A DNA stretch of 64,000 bases from Callorhinchus milii. Its lineage: Eukaryota. Every line of letters starts with the position of its first letter. The stretch's first letter is position 1. Positions 1-11,311 of this stretch are shown in pieces. Made by a program: the position numbers and the translations under genes. Location of the stretch: the NCBI RefSeq assembly GCF_018977255.1, contig NW_024704743.1, positions 25,546,001 through 25,610,000 of the forward strand. Direction: 5' to 3'. Below the pieces are notes generated by a model, which saw only the letters and a list, made by a program, of their open reading frames with translations, had not been told where the DNA came from and searched no databases.

Positions 1-630
1 TGTAATGCTTACTGTTTTGTAAGCAAACATGGCAGTCAACCTGCACATGGCAAAGCCTCACAAACAGTCATGGTGAATGATAAAAATTTATTTATTTTGG
101 GGGTGGGGGTTGTATGCAAGGACACCAAGAAAACCTTGCGTCTCATCAAATAGTGCCATGGGATCTTTAACATCCACCTGAACAGGCAGATGGGACCTCT
201 GACAATGCAGTGCTCCTCCAGCATGGCAGTGAATTGTTAGCCTAAAATATAAGCTCAAGTGAGGATAAAATGAAGTTCAGTTGTGTACCCTGCAAGGTTA
301 AACTAGTAGCTCACTGATGCACACTCTTACATTTAATGAATAAATGAAGACTTTCATTCTGAGATATGGGATGTGATTTTTTTTCGTAAAAAACCCTCGT
401 AGATCCATATCCCAGTGTAAAAGTCTTCAGGACAGCAAGTCTATGAGGACAAAAATCAGGTAAACAGAGAAAAACCACCAGTAGTGGCACATAACAGATA
501 GAGCTTGAACTTAAGATTCAATTTACATCTCAGGAGATGCATTATTCTCATTGACCACTAGCAGGTAGCACAGAACAGAAACCACAAATTGTTTGGCCTG
601 TTTTAAAAAAAATCAAAGCATTCATCCTAC

Positions 631-805
631 CTGATCGGTTATGTGGGTCGCTGCTATGTCTATTTACACCAGCCACACCATTAGATCCAGCAGAGGAATG
701 TGGAGAATAGCTGAAGTTACCAGAGTTTGAGGGAGAACCTGGGCTCCTGGTAAGATTTGGAATGGGAGGAAGTTTAACAGGTCTCCCCATCCTGCTGACA
801 GATGT
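631..805 (-). CDS. ANKS6: ANKS6 coding exon 9 (175 nt, Ser-rich region); gene continues beyond the window start
   Basis: [58 protein letters not shown]; tacag| acceptor and |gtagg donor; phase 0-1. Confidence 0.93.
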
Positions 806-929
806 CTGTAATGAAACAAATAAATAAAGCCATCTGATCTGCCTACAACACAAATTGCTAAACAGATTTTGCTTATTTTAAATCCCTTTAGAATGCACCT
901 CATTTGGCAAAAGGTTTGTCGGTGATTTT

Positions 930-1790
930 GTTCACTGAAGAATACAAACCTCTCCTAAAGTGGGGTCTTCTTTTCCCTTTAACTTATCTTCCACATGAAA
1001 CCCACCAGCTATTCTCAAACTCCTTCCTGCCCAGTTCTTGACTACCCAATTGCATCCCCACCTGCCCCATGTTTGCAAATGTCGTTTACAATTCTTCCTC
1101 ACTTTGAAAACTGGCATCATCACCCCCTTCTCCAAAACTCTACCTTTGACCACATTCCAGTTACCGACCTATATACAAACTGTCCTTCCTTTTCAAAGTT
1201 CTGGGAAGATTGTTGCTACCCAACTTTGTTGCTATCTCTCCCTTTACTTCATGGTTGACCTCCTCCAGTTCGATTTGTATTCTGCCCACTGCAGCAAGAC
1301 AGCTGTCATCAAAGTCATAACTGCAACTCTGTCTGTTCATCTGCCTCAATTTCTCTGCTGCCTTGGACATGGTCAACCACACAATTCTCTTTGATTGTCT
1401 TTCCTCACTCATCCACCTCCATGGAATTGCATTTTCTTGGTTTCAATTCTACTTGGCTCATCACCACTACTTTGTCTTCTTCAATGACTTCTCCTGCTCC
1501 TGCCGTCACCTGTAAGGCACTTGAAGAGCTCTATCCTCGGTCTTCTCCTTTTTCTCATTTACATGATTGCAGATGCACCTCCACAAACGTGGTACATTCC
1601 TCATGTACACCGACAACACCCAAATCTCTCTCTACCCCTAACCTGGATTCAACTGTCATCCTGACTGTCAAACACCAAATCCTGAACAAGTCTCATCTTT
1701 CCACTCAACATAAACAAAACAGAAGGTATTGTCTTGGGCTCCATCACTTCCCTCACCAAGATCCATTTCTCCTCTGTTTATTAACAAATT
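930..1790 (+). mobile_element. Old degenerate L2 LINE (RT region)
   Basis: Frameshifted remnants of L2 ORF2 motifs (YRPIS-like, HSTETA-like ccactgcagcaagacagct, AAFD-like, YADD-like catgtacaccgacaacacc). Confidence 0.7.
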
Positions 1791-1840
1791 CAACTGTATT
1801 CAACTTGTGACAAGTTGGTAAATGTCAAAAGAAGGCTTAC

Positions 1841-2035
1841 TATGTCAGTACTCTCACTGCTGCTGAAGTTGGGTTTTATAAGTCTGCGAGGCATAGAAAA
1901 CCTAGTTTGATCATTTGTGTTGCTTCGTGTTCTGTCAGAGTTCCACAGTTCAAAGTTTGATGGAGGCAAGAATGGAGGAATAACAGCTTTCAGCTTGTCA
2001 CTGGGAAGGCGGGTAAATGGGGCACCATTCCGCAA
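1841..2035 (-). CDS. ANKS6: ANKS6 coding exon 8 (195 nt)
   Basis: [35 protein letters not shown]...SSESTDI; ttcag| acceptor and |gtaag donor; phase 0-0. Confidence 0.94.
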
Positions 2036-2896
2036 CTGAAATAAAAGGTTTCAAACAGAAGTAAAGCTTTTCTGGAAACATTTTACCAAAACAAACCGAA
2101 TGAGTTTCTATTGAGTTATGGTACAATTAAATTATCAGTGTAATTTATCGCACAATTCCAAGAATCTCTCTAAAAAGCATACATTGGGTATCTGCTGTAC
2201 CTAATTTCTTACATTCACAATAAAGCAATAACTAGCATTGAGTAGAGGCATATAAAATATTCTCTCATAATTTTTTTTTAAAAAACTGTATAATTAATTA
2301 GGAGTGAATACAAAAAGATAATTTAAAGATATTGGGTGGAGGACAGATCTTTCCTTTTACCTGTATGACTCAGATATAAACCCAGTCCAGACAGGAAATT
2401 GTAACTCCATTCCTGTAAATGATTTGCATCAAGCTAATGAGTCGTCTTAACCAGTACCAAGTACTACCAGTCCACAGCACTAAACTGCCCTTAATTTAAC
2501 AATCTCACTCATTCCACAGAAAAAAATTAAGTGTAAATGTCACACAACAGAACACTCCTGTGACTGAGATTTCAGCCACTTTGAGGTAGATGGAATTCAG
2601 TTGTCAGCTGGCTGTGCTCTATTTGATCTGGGGCTATATGATGGTTGAATGGAAAAAGTATCCCATTTCCCCAATTACAATTATTCCTCACCTTGATGTA
2701 CAGGAAAATAGTTAAAAAGGAATTCTCACCAAGATGCTCAAAATAAATTAACGCATTTAAATTAATTTTCTTGTAATCACTCCCACCTTTTAATATAAAT
2801 AACATTCATTACGGCAACAATGAAAGATTCAATGTTGATTTTATCACTTCAGGTTTGCGAGAATGTCAGTTCTCAATATAAAAATTCTTAACCTAC

Positions 2897-2946
2897 CATA
2901 GTTGTAAGGAGAATATCATCTTTTTCTGCACCAGTATGGCCCGGTC
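2897..2946 (-). CDS. ANKS6: ANKS6 coding exon 7 (50 nt)
   Basis: GPGHTGAEKDDILLTTM; tttttag| acceptor and |gtagg donor; phase 1-0. Confidence 0.92.
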
Positions 2947-3163
2947 CTAAAAAGCAGATTTAGTCTTCGTAAAACACAATAACGGAATTAACCTTAATTC
3001 TGTAAAAATTACAGGATCCAATAACACTAAGTTGGACTATTTAGTTAACATCAATAACCATTCTGTCCTGTAAGCTCTCACATTCTGTCCAGCCACATGC
3101 AAAATAATTTAATTTGAATTAATAAATTTAATTTGATGCATAATAGACCTCACATTTCCTCAC

Positions 3164-3398
3164 CATTATCCTTGTTTTTTCCTGTCCATGCTTTAAATGT
3201 CTCAGTATTTCCAATGTTTGAAGATCTTGTCACTGACAAATTATTTCGGTCATCCTTCAGGCTGGCTTTCATTGTTGAATCGAAGCCTACTTCAGGATCA
3301 TCTGGAAAAGGTGCAAGTCGGTTGGTGGAAAAGCCATGACGAAGGGTCCGGGTCAGCTTCAGTCTACGGAATCTGTTGGACATTCTATTCCACCAAGA
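3164..3398 (-). CDS. ANKS6: ANKS6 coding exon 6 (235 nt)
   Basis: [45 protein letters not shown]...KNKDN; cag| acceptor and |gtgag donor; phase 0-1. Confidence 0.93.
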
Positions 3399-3754
3399 CT
3401 GCCCAGAAGAGAGAAAGTAGCCCTTTGAAATACCTTTTTTTTAAAAATAACAAAAGAAAATCTGCAAAAGATCACTCTAACCTTGAAGAACACAAATTTT
3501 TAATTTATTTATATATCAAAAAAGATACCAGGCAAATTTCTTGTTTCATCACTAACCAGCAAACTGTAAAAGCAATAAGAATTGCATGATTTATTTCACA
3601 AAGCAATTTCAGAAGCCATGAAAAAAAGACCAAAGACCATCATCCCTTCTGTCCAGCTAGCAATATGCTCAAAGAAGCAAAGGAACTTTCATACTTTAAG
3701 CATGCTCTAAATTTGAAACAATGCAATATAAAATATATTGTAGATTATCTCTAC

Positions 3755-3900
3755 CTTTAATCCGCCCTTGTCCTCTGGAGGCATAGGAAGGTTCAAAGAT
3801 AGTTTGCTTTTTGAGCGAGGCAATGTCTTGGATTTGGGTTTTCCCTTCTCCTTGTCTACCTGCATGCAGACAGATGCTAGCAGCCGTACCAGTTCTGTGT
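3755..3900 (-). CDS. ANKS6: ANKS6 coding exon 5 (146 nt)
   Basis: [49 protein letters not shown]; tag| acceptor and |gtaga donor; phase 1-0. Confidence 0.93.
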
Positions 3901-5217
3901 CTAATAGTCAATAAGCAATATTAATAAGTTACAAATTGAGATTAATCAGTTACACATAAAAATATTTTCTCCATTAAAAATATCTTTTTTTCCTGCTAGT
4001 AATAGACTGATAACTTTTCAATTGTACGAGTTTGTTGTTGTGCTAAAGTATTGCTGACTCACTGGTGAGTGCATGGCAAACGATTAACAGGACAATTAGG
4101 CAGCCCTCATCACACAAAAATATCCTTGGGAGGAAAATAGGTAAAATGTCTTCATATTTATCACCAGCCAGCATACTGTAAAATAAATTTAAGAACAAAA
4201 CAACCTATTGTAGTAAGTTAGAGGAAGATTTCATCCCAACTCCTTCATGCAGCAGAGGGGTTTCTTCCAGTCCACGTGTGAAGCCCAGGATCAAGCAGTG
4301 AAGTGTATTTTGTGGTAAACGGGAAGAGGCTGAAGAGAATGGGCTCTAACCTACACTAAGCTGTTACTGAACATCCTGTAGGTGGAAGCAAGGCAGTTTA
4401 ATTGCAAGCACTTCTATTTGCCCCATGCCTCTCACATGAGGACCTGGATTAAGAAACTGGTGCTGAGTCAGGGTACACAGCATTGGACCCTGACCTCTGG
4501 AACATGAAGGTGGCTTTCATGTCATACACTGTCCTGTAAATGTACCTTGATTGGTTTGTGGAGAGGTAAGCAGCTGCTGCTCAAGCTCTGCACCTCCAAC
4601 TTGTAGAAGTATTGTTCAATAGATGGGGATATATGTCCGAGCTGTGGGCAATGCTCTCACGAATATAATGCTAAACTATGCTGATCATCAGGAAGTTTGC
4701 AGGGAATTTCTGGTACTGCTATCCACCTAGTAAGGGCTCAAAACCTGCACTTATTGGATGACAAATGACCAACTTTAGTACCAGGGATGAGGGACTTTAG
4801 TTATGTAGAGAAACTAGAGAAGCTGGGAGTCAGCAGATTATGGTCAAGAATTCTTCCCACACAGCATCTGCAAGACAAAGGGTAGGGTGGTCCTAGCAGC
4901 AGGAAGATTGCCAGACAGTGCTTTCAATGGAAAGCTCTGCAGTTTTAACTGCTTAAAACACACTGGGTTAGATGTGAATCTAGGTCCAATTGCTGTAAAT
5001 GTTATACCCCAATGAACTACACAATAACAATATACCTATCTGGGTGGTTTTTGGTTGACAGAATTTAACTAGCTAACAGTAAAATCTACTAAAAAAAAAC
5101 CACATGGACAAATGGTTTAAAATTACATAATGACATTAAATTACATTTCGCTGATTCCTTGTTGTGACCTTCTCATCGTTATATTGTAAAATTAAAATCT
5201 AAGTTTACGCAGTTTAC

Positions 5218-5324
5218 CTGGGTCATTTAACAGCATTACAAGATCGAATGCAGTTACTCCATTTTTGGCACGAAGGTTGACATCTGCTCCTTGATTCAAT
5301 AAATACTTTACAACATCTTTACTC
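5218..5324 (-). CDS. ANKS6: ANKS6 coding exon 4 (107 nt)
   Basis: [35 protein letters not shown]; tttaag| acceptor and |gtaaa donor; phase 2-1. Confidence 0.95.
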
Positions 5325-6045
5325 CTTAAAATACAATTGCAAAAAATATCTGCATTAGACAGTTAAGCTGCATGGTCTAAATAAATGTTCTAGAAATAAG
5401 GGAAGACAAGCTCTTTCAGTCACAATATAAAAACTTTATCCAGACTTCTAAAATAGTATTCTTAGAATGCAAGAGTTAAGTTAAGCCAAGTGCACCCTCT
5501 GGATAAACCTTCATTATCTCAAACTCTCTGGTAGTACCCGAGGAATATATGAACAAATACACTACCAAGTACTGAAGCGATGACATCCTTCATAAAAGGA
5601 AAATGATGTGAAGCTGCAATAAATATCATTAACTTTGAATATAACAACTTGGAATATATCCTTCAAGCTGACAAACATGAATTAAAATGCAGTGGTTAAG
5701 CAATGGGAAACTTACTCTCCAGTCAAACCTTATTAAAAACAAAGCACAGAGCAACTTCAAGATTAAGCACCTTGCTGGAGTGTAGGTCCTGAAACTGATA
5801 TTGTATGAATATCATGAAACTGATATTGTAGACAGATTTATACCAACTACCCTATTGTGACTTGACTTTAAAAATAGAATTACATGGTTTGCTAATTGAG
5901 TTGCTTTAAGAAAAAATGTAAAAACACTTTAAATACAAAGTGCAATTCGATTAACCAACAATTTCATCAACCAAGTTTCTCTGTACATAGCAGTAGATCA
6001 ACATTAGATGTTATTACAATGCATTTCTGTGTTAGTCTTACATAC

Positions 6046-6247
6046 CCATGGTAAGTAGCCTGCATTAAGGCAGACCACCCATGTACACTATCTTGCTTGT
6101 CAATATCAGCGTTTCTTTCAATAAGCTGTACAAGGTCCAGCTGGCCAGTCATAGCAGCGATCATTAATGGAGAAGCACCATCTGCATTTATGACATTGGC
6201 TTGGCTTACATCTTCATCCAAAATCTCCTTCACATGCTGGTAACTTC
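6046..6247 (-). CDS. ANKS6: ANKS6 coding exon 3 (202 nt)
   Basis: [68 protein letters not shown]; tag| acceptor and |gtatg donor; phase 1-2. Confidence 0.95.
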
Positions 6248-7164
6248 CTAGTCCAACCACAGAGGAAAAGCTGGTCAAACACAATGTAGGCGTACAGCGA
6301 CTCACAAAATAACTGCAAGCATAAAGAATTAGATTTTCAGGCAGTTTTTGTTGAGAGAAGCCGTGAACTACAACTAAGGCAGCTGAACCAGAAGACTTCA
6401 ACAAAGCCCTGTTTCTTGGGGCTTTTTCAAAGAATGATCGCCCACAGTCACTGCACTTTGTAATATATCATGTGAAGCACTTTGAAACATCTGCCTGATG
6501 TGAAAGGCATTATAATAATATAAGAAGGATTAAACCATATATCTCCCATTATTGTTTAATCTTGAACAATAATCCTTCCATTTGATATAGTGCATTATCA
6601 TTACAAACAGTGTTTCTGTAAAGCTCCTTGGGTGTATTTGTAGGCAACTATAGCAGCCAGTATGCACACAGCAACATCTCACAAACAGCCATGATGTAAA
6701 TGACCAATGATCAATACCACATGTTGACCCACAAAACAGGCTGCGTTAGAACAGGAAGGAGTCACCAGATGTGAGCAGTACCATTAAGAAATTCTTTATT
6801 CATTTGAAGCTACTCCTTCACAATACTACAGATTCTAAAACGTGTTTTAAAATACAATCAACCCCCGGCTTACTGGACTCCTGGTATCTGCAATTCATAC
6901 CTAGCTGAAAAGGGTCCAAAACCAATTATTTTTTAAATTCTGTGTGCGTTTAGACTTCTGCTGTCTAGACTATCGCGCATCCCCACCTCACCGTCCTTGC
7001 AACTTATTCACTATCTTCTGCTCACGGGATTCAAAACAATTACAATACCAGAACAAGATTTTATTGTAATAAAATCACAAAGCTTCTACCATAACAGTTT
7101 CTCCCAAAATTGTTCCTCTCAAAAAGAGATATGAAAAATGCAACACAGTGGGTATACCACTCAC

Positions 7165-7209
7165 CCAGTTTTAGTGCACGGAAAATGTCTGGTCTCCGTT
7201 TCTCTTCAT
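7165..7209 (-). CDS. ANKS6: ANKS6 coding exon 2 (45 nt)
   Basis: ttttccag|ATGAAGAG...AAACTGG|gtgag encodes DEEKRRPDIFRALKLG; phase 1-1; not in the ORF track. Confidence 0.95.
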
Positions 7210-8075
7210 CTGGAAAACAGGAAACATTCAATATTACACCACAATAGAATGCTTTTTAATATAAATGACTGTGGTTTTATTCATTTTAACCGGAAATTAA
7301 GGTTTTCCCGAGATCAGTTTTAGAATCCATATGTTCGTAACAATTACCAATGACCTGCAGAAAAAGCACATGCCCCAGTAGAAAAAAATCTGTGGATGGC
7401 TGTAGTTTTAAAGATATTAATCAATGATCTGCCATCAGTTAAAGCATAGGTTTAATCAGACAAACATTTAATATTGAGAAATATAAAGGTAATACTGTAA
7501 GAAGCCAAAAATACACCAATCAGAATACTAAAATCATCTCCGTTACAGAGCAGCCTTGTAAGAATGTGCTCCAGTTGAGCAGGGGTTCCCTTATAACACA
7601 AGTCTACTGTGGACTTGTGCTGTACTGGGAGCGCAGTACACCCAGCTGACGAGCAAGCTGCCCATGCTAAAACCTGGGCAACTTCTTAGTTATCAGGTCG
7701 TTGTTGACATTTCCAGTATATTGCAAGTACAGTCAGCATATTGGCACCGCCCATCCTTATAACACTGGTTTGCTTATAAAGCAGATGTGCTGTTAGACCA
7801 TCTGTTGTTTTGTTCAAGCGGACATGAAGGGATAACATTTTGCCTTTTCAAAGAATCAGGAGTTTCTCCTGATGTGAAAAGGTAATCTGGAAATGCAAAT
7901 TCTTTCTTGATGTATTCAGTACATCAGCCTATGTTACTCATTGTCTTGACAAGAACCTGACATTTCTTATTTTTCAGCAACAGTCTACATATATTATACT
8001 AATTTTACATAAAAATGAAAAGCCTTTATTGATATATAATCCTTTAAAAATAATTCTTGCACTTGACACAGTATC

Positions 8076-9600
8076 GATTGAAGTGTCTCAGATTGAAGGT
8101 CGAAGAGGAGGGTACTGAGATGGGTCTTAAAGGAGGGGGAGAGGCAGAGGGACTGTGGGATGGAGTTCCAGCGGGTAGGGGCAGAATGGCTGAAGACTCA
8201 CCCAAATGGAAGCCAGTGGAGTCGGGCGAGGATGGGGGTGATAGGATCACGGAGCCTGGTGCGGGAGAGGGCAGAGGCTGCAGAGTTCTGGATGATCTGC
8301 AGCCTATGGAGGGAGAGCTGGGGGTGCCGACAAGCAGGGAGTTTGCATAGCCATGCCTCAAAGTGATGAATGACATTATGTATGATGTTATGTATGAGGG
8401 TTTCGGCAGCCTGCGGTGTAAGACAGTGGCGGAGCCGGGTGATGTTGTGGAGGTGGGGGAAGGCAGAGCGGGTCATGGCATGGACGTGGGGTCGAAAGGA
8501 TAGTTGAGGGTCAAACAAGACCCCAAGTTTCCGGACTGGCTTAGCAAGGTGGAGCGTGCAACCATGGATGGTGATGGTGTCAGCGCCTGAGGTGAGGAGG
8601 TGCTGACGGGAGCCGATCAGGAGAGCCTTATTGATGTTCACCTGTAGAAAGTTTGCTCTCATCCAGGACTTGATGTCCGACAGACATTCTGTCAGGACGG
8701 CAGTGGTCCTGGAGTCAAGGGTGGAGGCAGAGAGAGAGAGTTGAGTATCATCCGCATACATGTGGAAGTTGACCCCATGTCTGCGGATGATGTCACCAGG
8801 AGGGAGCACATAGATATTGAAGGAGGGGACCAAGGACAGAGCCCTGAGGAACGCCGCACGAGACGGTGCGGGGCTGGGGGAGAAGCCGTCTGTGGGGATG
8901 AAGTGCAGGCGGTGTGAGAGGTACCATCTGTATCAGTCAAGGACAGAGCCGCGGAGGCTGAGGCGAGCGGAGAGACGGCGGATGAGGATAGAGCGGTCGA
9001 CGGTGTCGAAGGCAGCAGAGAGAGGTCGAGGAGGGGACGAGGAGGCAGGAGGGAGCCCCCGGTCGCAGATGGACGAAGATGTCATTCGTCACTTTGACCG
9101 GGGGCTGCCGCTGCGCTGCGGGCGGGCGGGCGGCACGGAAACCCGACTGGAGGGGTCCGCGAAGGGTGCGGCGGGAGAGGGAGGAGCGGGGCTGGGAAGC
9201 GACGACCCGTTCCCGGACCTTGGGAGAGGAAAGGGAGGTTGGAGCTGGGGCGGTAGTGTGGGAGCAGTGATGGGGTCCGGGGGGGAGGGCGTGTTCGTTT
9301 TTTTTAAAAAAAGGACAGAGGTGGACGTTTTTGATGGGGTGGGAACGGTACCAGAGGACCAGAGGTGGGGGGGATGGTGGGGGGTGAGGGGGGGGTGATG
9401 GGGGGGGGAGGGGGTGACGAGCTCTGCCGCTGCGACCGTTAAATTTGACTCGAAGCCCCGCGCGCGCCCGGGATTTAAGGGGAGGGGGGACCGGTGGGGG
9501 ACTTTCTTTAGCGATGGGGGGAGGCGGTTCGGGTGGCCGGGCCGGGAGGGAGGGCGGGAGCTGCAAGGAGAAGAGCGACCGACGGGGACAGGTCGGTCAC
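8076..9600 (-). mobile_element. L2 LINE remnant in ANKS6 intron 1
   Basis: ORF 8198-8833 has FHMYADDTQL...WMRANFLQVN...LQIIQNSAA...PILARLHWLP. Upstream frames have PLQSGFR and SAAFDTVD. The upper boundary is approximate. Confidence 0.9.
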
Positions 9601-9856
9601 TGCGGTAAAACCCACAACTTTCTTAACCCAGAGGGAGGGAGGGAGGGAGAGACGACGACGACGACGACAACGAAGCGCCCCCCCCACCCCCCTCCATTGC
9701 TTCGTGCATCAGATGCCGGTGAATACTTATGCGCAACTTGCCTACGAACGCACATTAAATGCAAGTGGCTGTAAAGCCAAGACCAGGATTTATTTCAGGT
9801 GCAGCAGAGAGACAGACACACACACACACACACGCACACACGGGGGGTGGTGTTAC

Positions 9857-10685
9857 CTGACTGGGGCCGGTTCGTGGTCCTGGAGTCCAGGTAGCTCCTC
9901 ACCTCCTCCTGGCCGGCGGCGGAGGCCAGCTGCAGGGCGGTGTGGCCGGCCGCGCTCTGGGGGTTGGGGTCGGCCCCGGCCTCCACCAGGAGCCGGGCCA
10001 GGGGCAGGCGGCCGGCCAGCGCCGCCAGCATGAGCGCGCTCCAGCCCGTGGCGGGGGCCGCGCCCCGCGGGTCGGCGCCCCACTCCAGCAGCGCGCGAGC
10101 CGCCGCCTCGTGCCCGTGCTGCGCGCACACCATCAGCGCGCGGACCTCCTCCTCCACCACCTCCACCTCCTCCTCCTGGTGGTCGCGGCCGCGGCCGCCG
10201 CGCGTGCACGCCAACCGCGCGCCGCTCTCCAGCAGCAGCCGAGTCAGGCCCGCGTGGCCGCCGCGCGCCGCCGCCGCCAGCACGCAGGCGCCCAGCTTGT
10301 TGGCCGCGTTGACGTCCGCCTGGTTCTCCAGCAGCAGCCGGGCCACGGCCAGGTGGCCGTGCCGGGCCGCCTGCATCAGCGGGCTCCAGCCGTAGCTGTT
10401 GCGGCTGTCCACCGACGCGCCCTTCATCAGCAGGAAGCGCACCAGCTGCTCGTGGCCGTGGCCGGCGGCGAACTGCAGCGCCGTGTTGCCGTCGTCGTCC
10501 GTGCAGTCCACGGGCACCTGATGTTGCGGGCACGTCAGGTGGTGGTGGTGGTTGGTGGCGGCGGTGCCGACGACGACCACGTCCGCTCCCGCCGGCTCCA
10601 GTAACCGCCGAGCGTTCTCGAAGGCGCCCTCCTCGCACGCGCGGAACAGCAGCTGTTGCGAGGCCGGCGGCGCCCCGCACTCCAT
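9857..10685 (-). CDS. ANKS6: ANKS6 first coding exon (ankyrin repeats); an in-frame ATG two codons upstream at 10691 is an alternative start
   Basis: Translation MECGAPPASQQLLFRACEEG...VPVDCTDDDGNTALQFAAGHGHEQLVRFLL...GWSPLMQAARHGH...YLDSRTTNRPQS matches the recalled ANKS6 N-terminus. 829 nt, ending at a G|GTAAC donor, phase 1. Confidence 0.93.
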
Positions 10686-10727
10686 CACCATCACCGCCTC
10701 CTGCTCCTCCGGGCCCCGCTCCTCCTG

Positions 10728-10813
10728 CACCACCACCACCACCACCGCATCACATCTGTACACAGAGACACGCTGCTGCTACTGCTGCTGCTGTTGTTGT
10801 TGTTGCTGCTGCG
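10728..10813. repeat. Trinucleotide microsatellites (CAC)n and (CTG/TTG)n in the putative ANKS6 5' UTR
   Basis: Read directly from the sequence. Confidence 0.9.
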
Positions 10814-10819
10814 GCTATT

Positions 10820-11300
10820 TTCCTTTCGACGTGACGTGACGGGCGGGCGGTGATAATCGGTGCGCGAGAGGAGGAAAGAGGGAGGTTGTTGGAGAAAAAG
10901 GGGGAGGAGATGAACCGGGTTTCGCCGCGATCACCAACAGCCGACGTGCGTGTGAACTACGCAGAGAAGACCGACAACCCCTCTCCTCCCTCCCACTCCG
11001 CTCTGTGTTTTCTCCCCCTGGCCATGTGACAGGACCACTGCGGGCTGTGACAGCTCCTCCCATCCGGGGGGCGGGGCCTCGGCCGCCCGAGCCAATCAAC
11101 GCGTAGGCTTTGGCGCGGTCCCGTGGGCGGGGCCGCCGGGCGCCAGGCAACCGTTCACAAACACTCCGATGGCCGGCGCCAGCCAATCGGGAGAGGCTGT
11201 TACCCGCGAGGGCGGGGCATTGTGACGCCGCGGGTGGTCGTCAAGCCGCCCGGGGCTTTGTGACGTCGCCGATTATTGTTGCGTCACGAAGGGAGCTCTG
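10820..11300 (-). promoter_or_regulatory. ANKS6 CpG-island promoter
   Basis: CpG-dense. GC boxes (GGGGCGGGG ~11067, GGGCGGGG ~11125 and ~11210), CCAAT at ~11092 and ~11183, CRE-like TGACG sites (~10832, ~11223, ~11261), and an X-box-like GGCGCCAGGCAAC at 11139-11151. Confidence 0.75.
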
Positions 11301-11311
11301 CTCTTCTAAAA

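Noticed and set aside
7520..7790. Possible second MITE
   Set aside because: The terminal inverted similarity is too weak to define.
10692..10763. N-terminal extension MYRCDAVVVVVV of the 322-aa ORF
   Set aside because: It starts at GTG, is microsatellite-derived, and ANKS6 homology begins at MECG.
9533..10853. Overlapping alternative-frame and antisense ORFs over ANKS6 exon 1
   Set aside because: These are expected shadow ORFs of very GC-rich coding DNA, with no recognisable domains.
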